Positions 1 through 10,163 of a stretch of 64,000 bases of DNA are shown here, in pieces. The DNA comes from Pseudogymnoascus verrucosus. Taxonomy: Eukaryota. Position 1 is the stretch's first letter, and every line of letters begins with the position of its first letter. The stretch lies in the NCBI GenBank assembly GCA_001662655.1, contig KV460207.1. One strand, written 5' to 3'. The translations under genes and the position numbers were made by a program. Below the pieces are notes generated by a model. The model did not search any database. It worked only from the letters and a program-made list of their open reading frames with translations, and was not told the DNA's origin.

Positions 1-367
1 CAGATGTCGTCGCGGTTTTGAGAGTAAGAAATTGAGGTTGGGTCCCCGCGCTAATTTTTATGGAAGCGAGAGATCTTTCCATGCCCTAAGGCATCCATTC
101 ATTGGCGGGGTGGGGAGATCGGATTTAGCGCGAGGCGAATGGGTAAGATATTGGCACCGCAAACTGAAAACCATAGTTGGGTTTATATTTAGTTGGGAGA
201 TGACTGGCTCAAAAATGATTCATGATTTGCGCATGCTATAGTATTACTCATGCTAAGTAATGACTGGCAATTATACAGTGCATAAACCATTAGGACAGGC
301 GCTGAGTTGAGTGCCACTAAATCCTCATTCTGCTCCTACCCCCACCAGATGATAACCCCATCTACGA

Positions 368-2165
368 TCATTCCCTCATAGTATTCATTAATATCGTCTT
401 CATCATTTCGTTACCGACCTTTGTAGCATCAGCAAACCTAGGCTCAAAGAATTTCCTGGTGCTTTCGAATCGGTCCTTGTATGACTCAAAATCTCCAAAG
501 GTCACACAGTCAGACCACCCACGTGCAGCAAATGTAAATTCGAGGTCGTCGGATCTGAATGTGTTGTCCTCAATAGCAATTCGAATAACATCGTCTAGTA
601 ATGCGGGCTTGCGAAATAGATATTCGGTGACACCCAGCCATAGCCGGAACAGGGGAGTAGAACAGATCATATGATCGTATGGGACGATACCCATCCTCGA
701 CCAGCAGTCAACCATGGCCAGAAGACTAAGATGGTTATTTGGGGTCGGTTCGTCCGGTTTCTTCCCAAGTGAGAACCTATCAAGGACTTCGTCTTCGAGG
801 AGGATCCCGTGATGCGACTTCTGTGCATCGAAAACAGCAGCGCCAGCAGCTCTGATACGCCTTTCAAATTCTTCCCTGTTCCCTCCCAGCATCAGCTTGA
901 ACAAATCAGTGACGGACTGAGAATATTGGCGTATTTGTTCTTTGGCATATGGGTTCAGTATTGCTAGTCCTGCGTACACGTGCCATTTTTGCGAATAGAT
1001 ACGGAGAGTCAAGTTGATCTTGACATTTTCGATGCCTCCAACGTAACGCGCGATTTCCCATGGAAACTGGGCGTTAGCATGCCATGCTTTCCCCATGGAC
1101 AGGAATGCAGCGTGAGTCACTGCTTGCGTGTCTGCGGTGATGCGGTCATGTTCTGTAGCACTGAGATATACATGCTGCGAGCCAAGACAAGAAAGGACTT
1201 TCTCGACTCGGTCGAAATTGGCCTGAGAGGCACGATGTTTTATCAAGACCTATATCATCATCAGCATACGCAACGATGGCTTCTCGCATTGTGCAACTAA
1301 CCAACGGCTGGCCCTTGGGATCAACATTAGGTCCGTGCAAAGAATGGCAAGAGACGATATCAACGTCTTTTGGCAGGTGGGCCTCGAACGCCGCAATCTC
1401 CGGGGATTTACAAGAAGTCTGTCCACCAACAATAGCGCCTTGTTTTGTTGCTATATAATGTTAGCCTCACGAGTCCCCTGTCGAATCAATCACGGCAAAG
1501 AGACACATACATGGCCCATACAGTGCCACAACTTTGTCAATGGAGGCGGCCTCAACATTGTAAATGATATAATCGCTCGCTCTCGAGACCAAGTGGCCGT
1601 TGGGTAGTATCTCAACTTGTTTCTATTGGGTACTCAGCACGATGTGCAAGAATTCTATGTACAGATATATATACTCTACTGGAGAATTCATCCACTAGAT
1701 CCAGATATTTTTCTTCTCTATCACAAGCATTGACTCTGCAATGGCCTTGTTAGTACTGTTTACCCCAAACTCACGAAGTGTTCGGCATTATATGCGAAGT
1801 TGTGCCTGATGCTGATATACTGTTAGCTTGAGTCCTTCCATGTGAAATAGAGAAACAAGTGTTCAATAAGTTGATTCAGACAAATAAAAATAAGGTAGCT
1901 GAGATTATTCATCAGTGAAAGTCGACCCCCAATCCCGGTGCCAGAAAGGCAGTCGGGCTGGGTGAAGACGATGCGTCGAGCCAAATGCACTCAAGTCATC
2001 ATTATGTGGGGGGTGTCGCGAGAAGAAAAAATTGAATCTTACCATCTTGTTGGTTGCCCAACGGCAGGGATTGGTAAATTACCTCCATCCTGCATCGCTG
2101 AGCTGCCTTGCGTACATCTTCCCCATATCCCCCATGCCAATGATGCCAACGACAAAGTTCTCCAT
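368..2165 (-). CDS. TYR1: Prephenate dehydrogenase (NADP+); exons approx. 2165-2083, 1735-1675, 1622-1511, 1450-1302, 1249-368
   Basis: Spliced translation MENFVVGIIGMGDMGKMYARQLSDAGWR|VNACDREEKY...|KQVEILPNGHLVSRASDYIIYNVEA... (Rossmann GxGxxG motif). C-terminal part has HDRITADTQAVTHAAFLSMG and YSQKWHVYAGLAILNP, typical of fungal Tyr1. GT-AG introns keep the frame. Confidence 0.93.
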
Positions 2166-2499
2166 GGCTGCGGCTTCGGCGTTGTCGCTATTCTCTGTAG
2201 TTCAATCTCATGGAAGTTACCCAATGAAAAGGTTAGTGAGCGGCTCACATCTGTGACTGGTGATGCACGGTAGGGAGTGTGAAAATGTCGCAGTCAGAGA
2301 ATTTATTGATAGTAAAGAAAGTTGGAGGAGGAAGCAGACAAAATCTGAAATAAATACGGACCGATATGGGTAACCTGTTCTGGCTTAGTGTCGATTTAGG
2401 TCGCTTAAAGTTCGCGGCGCACACAACAACTTCAAGAATTTGATGGCCTAGTTTGTTGAAACATTGTCAAAATCTCCCAACGCCAAAACAACCGCCAAC

Positions 2500-3137
<638 letters not shown>

Positions 3138-3686
3138 ACGATGGCTTCTGTGGATATTTGGGTTTTTGTGCAGATTTGACAATCACGCGGAGAACGGCTC
3201 TAATTGCCTGGTCTTCAATACTGCTATGTTGCCACGCGACAGTAGAGCACATCAGTAGAAAGAATCGAACCCATGCTCAAGTACACGTTTGCTCCAAATA
3301 TGCTGTGATAAGTGATAAAAGACGATGCTTGTGTGGCTGTAACTCTAACCTAATCCGTTTCAATAATACCTTAATGGGGCCATTGGTAGTTTCTTTTGGG
3401 ACTCCTTGAATTCAAAATGATTGCATTCAGCTGTCCTGCGGCTCGACCCCTGGGCACAACCCCGCCACGGAAGGACCCCGCCATGAAATGTCTCTGAACT
3501 GGAGACAACATTCACGCAAGTCTGATATTCATATGTAGAGATAGAGATTTCGTATGGTCCATACAAAATATGACAGGACCGGGGTATTGCATTCCTCAAA
3601 GTAAGATAAGATATTCTTTCAAAGGGTGGTGTTTTGTATGTGGATGCTGCACAGTATGGCACAATGAGAAATACTTCTCGCCCTCA

Positions 3687-5216
3687 CTACCACCCAATCG
3701 TGCCCTTTTCCCTCCCGCCCTCATCCAGTTCAACCATAACCGGCGCATATTCACCCCTTTCATCCTCGGCCTCCAGGTCTTCCATTTCTGCATCCACGTA
3801 TTCACCATCCTCGAGCTGGATCTTACCAACTCTAAGATAGTTACCCCCCAGGTCCCAGCCCCATTTCGACAGCCAAGATTCCAGTCTTCCAAAGGCCGCT
3901 TTTAACTCGTTCTCCTCCCTGCTCAAACCGTCAGGTTTTGAAGATAGCTGCTCAGTAAGTCGTGATTTGAAAATTGTCAATTCTACCTTCAACTCATCTT
4001 GTAAGTGGTTGCTGTGGTCGAATATGCTGCCTTGGAGGTATTCATCGTCATAGACCAGCTGCGAGTGGAAGACTTCAATAACTTTAGCAAAGAAGTGAGC
4101 CTCTTCCACGGCGAATCTGAATGCCTTGAAGAGTATTTTGACCACATGGCCCCATTGTTCCATGCAACAAAGATTGCTAAGCAAGACTCCGGTCAAATAG
4201 CAGAACTGCAACTCCCCAAGCACATCGTTCGGTCCATCTGAAGTACAGCTCTCCGCTATAACACCCCTCACATGCGACGAACTATCCATGGCTTGCTCAC
4301 TTCGAGCTCGACCTATCGCCGTCTCCGAGTAAGTTTTAGATCCAGCCGGGAAAATAAACCCGAGCTTCTTTTCCTCGGCAATAGCAACATCGACAGGATT
4401 TGGAGCGGGAACTATGCCCATTGCCATTTGGTGTTGGTTGTCGGCTGGTTTGGTATCCGTCGACTTGGGTTCGTCCATGGACGTCACTTTCCAGTTATTC
4501 CAGGTGCCACCGATTACCCTGCTGAGCATAGGACCTTTGATCGCGAATGTAAGATCTTGCCAGGTCCTGGGATCATCACCATGTGCTTCCGCTGGATTTC
4601 CCCTCGATTTTGAAAGTTCCGGCGTTTGGGCAGCTCGTACATCGTATGGCAGTAATGTGCCGTAGCTTGAATGTATATTGTCTTTTTGCCTCCTGGTTTC
4701 AACAGCACTGTCCTCATCCTCCAGAGTCTCTGTGTTTCTATCCCACTTCTTAACGAAAACCTCCCCCGGTTCTCCAGGCTGTCTTTGGTTTGAGATAATC
4801 CAGAACCCATTCCGAGTCGATATCTCAGACATGGAACCGCCATAGACAAAATGTGGCCCAGGAGGTAATTCGCGAACCCCTCCGAAGTGGTGATTCTTTT
4901 CAATATTTAAGCCGACTGTGTCATAGCCAATGAAGGAGCCTGGCGGTACGCCAGCAATGATCACGACGTCTCCTGCCTGAAGGTACTGTGATGACCCATA
5001 TTCTTCCCGTGAGTTGCCAGCATGTAACTGGAGCGAGTTCATGGGAGAGCCACTCAAATCCCCGGTTGAGGCATCCGCGCGAGGCGCAGTTCCTGTTCCT
5101 GGACTCCTACCTGATCTCGGCAGCGGCCGCAACGGCAGCGCTATCGGCCGAGTCAAGTGTTGCTGGCGGTGATTCGACTCATTCTGAGATGACGAATCCT
5201 TGTTATTTGAGGCCAT
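3687..5216 (-). CDS. AAR2: AAR2 (A1 cistron splicing factor, U5 snRNP assembly)
   Basis: Long ORF with FGGVRELPPGPHFVY, VLGELQFCYLTGVLLSNLCCMEQW and an acidic C-terminal EDERGEYAPVMVEL. The start is uncertain (first ATG at 5216). Confidence 0.85.
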   Translation of the reverse strand: MASNNKDSSSQNESNHRQQHLTRPIALPLRPLPRSGRSPGTGTAPRADASTGDLSGSPMNSLQLHAGNSREEYGSSQYLQAGDVVIIAGVPPGSFIGYDTVGLNIEKNHHFGGVRELPPGPHFVYGGSMSEISTRNGFWIISNQRQPGEPGEVFVKKWDRNTETLEDEDSAVETRRQKDNIHSSYGTLLPYDVRAAQTPELSKSRGNPAEAHGDDPRTWQDLTFAIKGPMLSRVIGGTWNNWKVTSMDEPKSTDTKPADNQHQMAMGIVPAPNPVDVAIAEEKKLGFIFPAGSKTYSETAIGRARSEQAMDSSSHVRGVIAESCTSDGPNDVLGELQFCYLTGVLLSNLCCMEQWGHVVKILFKAFRFAVEEAHFFAKVIEVFHSQLVYDDEYLQGSIFDHSNHLQDELKVELTIFKSRLTEQLSSKPDGLSREENELKAAFGRLESWLSKWGWDLGGNYLRVGKIQLEDGEYVDAEMEDLEAEDERGEYAPVMVELDEGGREKGTIGW

Positions 5217-5852
5217 ATTCCGAGGGTTGCAGAGTAGCAGTAACGGTGAAAGGCGCAATCGAGGCCTATCGGGCGTGAAGGCTCGAGATTTATATATATA
5301 GTAGTCCCGTGACCCAAGTCGTCCTTGTAGTATCTCGGGATATAAATTATATTCTCATGGCATCGTCTTTGAAGATATGGGTGGCATTATAGGTCGCTGG
5401 CATGTCAAAGGTAGAGTATTGTGCAAATTACGATCCTGAGAAAATGGCAGGTGCTGTATTTGCCTCGACGCCTTTTAGCTCATAATGCCAAAAATACGGG
5501 TCATAGATTGAATTAGTGCTTGCTTTGCAATATCTACTGTTTCTAAATTAAATATAGAAACTGATCACTGTACTAAAATATAAATACGAATACAATATAA
5601 AGTGCACCACATTCAAACCTTCCAGCTATCAAACGTCGTCGATTTAGGCATTCGGTGTGGTATGAGCGGCTCCTTGCCTTGACCACCGAACCTGGACTAG
5701 CACTAGCCGCCGATCCAAGACCAGATTCCCGAACAAATCTATCCCGTGACTTTCACGTTAATCGCAGCATGACAAGAGCATCTGCATGGTGCGCTTGTTT
5801 TGTGAAAGGTTAGGCGACTTCTTGCATTCACTTTATTTTCCAGATTATCGCG

Positions 5853-6353
5853 ATGGCGAATAATGGGGTTGATGGCATCAATGAGTCCGTAATTGCAAAC
5901 CAAGGACAGCCTGGACCAACTTCGCAGCAAGAGTGGGATGGTGAACATCTTCAGGAGGCGGAAAAGACCCTGAAGGAGATGTATATTCAGGTACGCAACC
6001 ACCCCCCAGCTGTTCTGTACTGTGGCTCACATGATATAGCTCCGCCAACTCCGCTCAACGATCCCAAATCTCGTCGCATCCCTAGCCACCAAGCAAGCGT
6101 CTCGTGAGTCCCCCAATCCAAACCGTGCGTCAGGTGGACTAACACCACGAAAACAGCTGAAATCCTCTTCCAACAGCTCAGTCAAGCTGCGTTGACGGCC
6201 AACTCCGAGGTAAAGCAGTTCCGGGAAATCATGGAGAACCCGCAGAGCCGCCAACTCTTTGAACATACGAGCCAGAGCAGGGCAAAGAACCCAACTGGCA
6301 TAACGCCGTGGAGGATTACGGATGATCCGGATTGGTTGAAGAGGGATTCATGA
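5853..6353 (+). CDS. Small hypothetical protein, 3 exons (~130 aa, predicted helical)
   Basis: MANNG...WDGEHLQEAEKTLKEMYIQ|LRQLRSTIPNLVASLATKQASP|EILFQQLSQAA...ITPWRITDDPDWLKRDS. Two canonical short introns (GTACGC..TAG; GTGAGT..CTAAC..CAG) restore the frame. Confidence 0.7.
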
Positions 6354-7049
6354 GGTGGAAGTGATTTTATTGGTGGTTGAAGCGGGTTTCGTTGCGTGGG
6401 AATGACTACCTTGGAGTTGCATACGGTGCGTCTTTTGGGGTTATTTACGGTATAGAAGTGGACAATGCCACATTATGTGTTTATATAACGGAACGGGTTC
6501 TGGCATAAAGGAAGGATGGTACTGGCGTTGGAATGGAAGATTACTGGATTGCTATTGTCTTGCCGGGAACCTGGGGAGAGTTTATGGCTGCGACTGGGTA
6601 TAACCGTATACTTGACCAAGTGTTGGAATCCTTTCGGGTTGAGATATTTTCAGGAGACTGTTTTGGAATTCGAACGGGGAGCATGGGGAAATAAATGGGC
6701 AGCCAATGTCAAAATATACACGCTATGCACACACTGCCATCATTGAAGGACACAAACATCTGAACTTCGTACATTCCGCAAATCACTGTTGTAACACACA
6801 CATCCATCTCCCAGAGCGAGGATTCACAAGGCGAATGACACAGCTGATTGACGAACGTGTGGTAGTTGTGATAATATCCCGGCGAGCACTATCTTCAGCG
6901 GCACATAGTTTCAATCGTAGAATCTTTGCATTTCTTTTTGCATGGAATCCTACGCCCATCTCAGCCACAAGCCAACACCATGAGCAATGCATCCCAGCAC
7001 CACCATTCCCGTAAAATACCCCATCTCCACACGCAACAATACAGGTATT

Positions 7050-7727
7050 TTAACGGTAAGACTTTTGGTATCTGGCACGGGCTCCTGGACCACCGAATTT
7101 CTAGTAACACACAAAACGTTAGCAAAATATCCTCGGACAGCAATCCTGCTGCGGCGGAATCGGAATCGGCATACCTTTGGCTCTGTGCGGCGCGGGTCGG
7201 CGACAAGAAGGGTACGGTCGTATGCGACGAAGGCGGCCTTCAGTTGGTTCTTTGCGTACTCATCGACGAACTTCTGGTAGTAGGCGACGAGGGACTTGGC
7301 GATGGCTTGACGGATGGCGTAGATTTGGGAAGTGTGTCCACCACCGGTGACGCGGACGCGGATGTCGACGCCAGCGAACTTGTCGAGGCCGACAATCAGG
7401 AGAGGCTCGTAAAGCTGCGGGCGAAGGATGTCAGAAACCGTTTCTTCCAGAACCTCAAAATTCCCCCATCTCATTCTCGTTTCTCCAGGGACCGGGCGAG
7501 GGCGAATTTACCTTGAAGCGGAGGATCTCTGGCTGGATCAGGTTGAGCGGCTTTCCGTTAACCTTAACAAGACCCTTTCCGGCCTATATACACACAAAAA
7601 CTCGTCAGTATTCCCATTCCACCACACAACAACATCGAAGCTTTCGGGCACTGACCTTGCAGTGTGCGACCGCGGTGGCCGTCTTCTTCTTGCCGAAGCA
7701 CTGAACGCTCTGAGATGTCGAGGCCAT
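7050..7727 (-). CDS. RPS16: 40S ribosomal protein S16 (uS9), 4 exons
   Basis: [37 protein letters not shown]...[17 protein letters not shown]...[24 protein letters not shown]. Confidence 0.98.
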
Positions 7728-8086
7728 GGTTGCGATTGGCGTGAACTCGAGGATTCGTCGTCGGAGTCGTGAAGGTTGTCGTCGAGGGCGGTAGGTGTTG
7801 AATTTCTCCCGAATTGTTCGATTGTGGGCTTCGCTTACCTTGCCCATTCCGCGCTAATGCAAAAGTCCGTTCCAACGCGCCAAGCGTGGGGCACGTGACC
7901 CTTATCGCACCACCTTGCCCTTTATCGCTAGCTCCGCGTATCGGTGACGACTCCCGTTCCCCCCCTCATTGCGACTAAAGCTTCCCCCCTCAAATCACTA
8001 CAATCTCGAAATCAAGCAACCATGAACGTCGGTACATAAACATTGCTACGCCAGCAATTTCGTACCCATGTCTCCCCATCACCATC

Positions 8087-9065
8087 ATGTCACGTAAAGC
8101 GGTAGGCCTCGCGGCATTCGACCGCTCGCGCCTCACCTCCGCGCAATTCGCCTCCCACGGCTCCAACCTGCGCACCACGCACGCCAGCTCCCTCTCAACC
8201 CAACTCTCCGTCTTCCGCTCGCTGCTCCAGCAATTCGCCCAAACGCACGCCAAGGACATCCGATCGAACCCTACCTTCCGCGCCGAGTTCGGGCGCATGT
8301 GCGCGGCGATCGGGGTTGATCCTCTAGCTAGCAGTAGTGGGGGTGGGAAGGAGGGGGGGAGTCTCTGGAGTCAGCTTTTGGGGGGGAGTGTGAATGATTT
8401 TTATTTCGAGTTGGCAGTTAGGGTGGTGGAGGTTTGTGGGCAGACGAGGGAGGAGAATGGGGGGATGATACCGGTTAAGGAGTGTAGGCAGAGGATTATG
8501 AAGGGGAGGATGGAGGGGGCGCCGGAGATTACGGAGTATGTTGCTATTCCCCCCTTCCTTACATGTTGTTGCCAGTGAGCCTGCTTGCGGTGCACCAGCT
8601 TCGTCAGTGACGTGAAACGGGTAGCAACCCAGACGGCACTGTCACCGCACAAACGCCGAGGCAACGCTCTGGCCGTTGAAGATACCCCCATCATCGACGC
8701 CCTGAACATTCTAGCCCTACAAAAGCACACACACTAACCTATCTCCTCCCAGCGACGACATCCTCCGCGCAGTCCTCTCCCTCACCCCCCTCGGCTCCTC
8801 CTACTCCACCCCTAAAATCGGGTCGAAACAATACATCCGCTCCGTCCCCAAAGAGCTCAACACGGACCAGAGCGACGTCCTCTCTGCGGCCCAGATAATG
8901 GGGTACGTGACGCTGTCGACGCTGGTGCTGAATCTCAAGTGGTCGAGGGCGAGGGCGAAGACGGCGATTGATGATTTGGTGGCGGAGAGTATGTTGTGGG
9001 TTGATAGCCAGTGTGGGGAGTGGGAGTATTGGTCGCCGGGGTTTGTGTTGGAGGGGGTGGAGTGA
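8087..9065 (+). CDS. SNF8: ESCRT-II subunit Snf8/Vps22/EAP30; intron 8536-8752
   Basis: FAQTHAKDIRSNPTFRAEFGRMCAAIGVDPLAS, DFYFELAVRVVEVC; exon 2 DDILRAVLSL...IRSVPKELNTDQS...LWVDSQ...YWSP. Confidence 0.93.
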
Positions 9066-10163
9066 AGAAGGGGGGGAGATAGTTGTTGTTGTATATACGT
9101 CACGTCAAGAGAATATATCACATTCACATTCACATTCACAGCCATTCATATAATTCAGTGTAATGTAAAACTCCATTAATGGTGCACGCGAATCGTCGCA
9201 AGTATTCTGTTGCCTAAGTTTACAAACAACAAAAACAAGTTCGCCCATTCCCCCTTCCTCCCCCACACACGACATACACGCACAGCAGCACAACCTCAAC
9301 ACAACAATCCACCCACACACCCTCAAAACCACAGTTCTTTTGCAAGGCCCCAATCTAAAAAATATATACCATAAGAAGCCGCGTGCGTGCGTGCATGCGT
9401 TCGTCCGCGTAGCGATTCGCGCCATTAATAAAGAACTCAACACTGAACAAGACAGAACAATTCCCAATCCCAGCGCAGCGCGAAAGACAAGAGAGTCCAC
9501 CACCACCCTGGTGTGTGCAATTGTCGACAAAGGTTGTCAGGGATCAAAAAACAAGAGGTCGAAAACACATCGCCGTCCGCCGCCACGGTCGCAACAGGGT
9601 TGTGAAAGCCCGTGCGGAAGTAATGAAAGCGGAGACGACGACGGTGAGCGCCTCGGAAACGATGATGGGGGTGCCTCAATTGTCTTCGTTTCTGTCTGTG
9701 TATAGTTGACTATTCATTCATGCGCCGGTAAAATCAAAAACAAGCAAAAAACAAAAACTGGAAAACAGTAAACTCAAATAATTGATTGACCGCGTGTGTG
9801 CGTGTGCGAAATAATTTGCAACAGCAGCAGCAGCAGCAGCAGGTCTACGATGCCACACCACCCCCAAAAAGACAAGAATTAGGAGATGATGTTGCGCCGT
9901 AATCATGACATGATAAAAAAACGATCGATCAATGGTCTCGTAAAAAACAGGGAAGAGGCTAGAACCACCAGAATCTTCTTTCTTTGTCCCAACGTACGTC
10001 CGTCTAGAGGGGTCATAATAGACACCGATGAAAAAATGCGATCAGTGACCCATATGATACAGTAGCACTTCCATAACTAAGTAATCCCGTTCCTCCTGCC
10101 GCTCTGGGACGAGCGGCCATATGCCAGTTTTGCTGCAGTCTTTGTAAGATCGTGAGACATCGT

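Noticed and set aside
1736..2083. [D1,2] stwintron reading of TYR1 intron 1 (G + TATAT forming a new donor)
   Set aside because: It removes one more base, shifts the frame and hits a stop in exon 2, so it is not the productive route.
8600..8630. Hammerhead ribozyme in the SNF8 intron
   Set aside because: CTGACGA is on the minus strand while GAAAC is on the plus strand; the core needs both on one strand.
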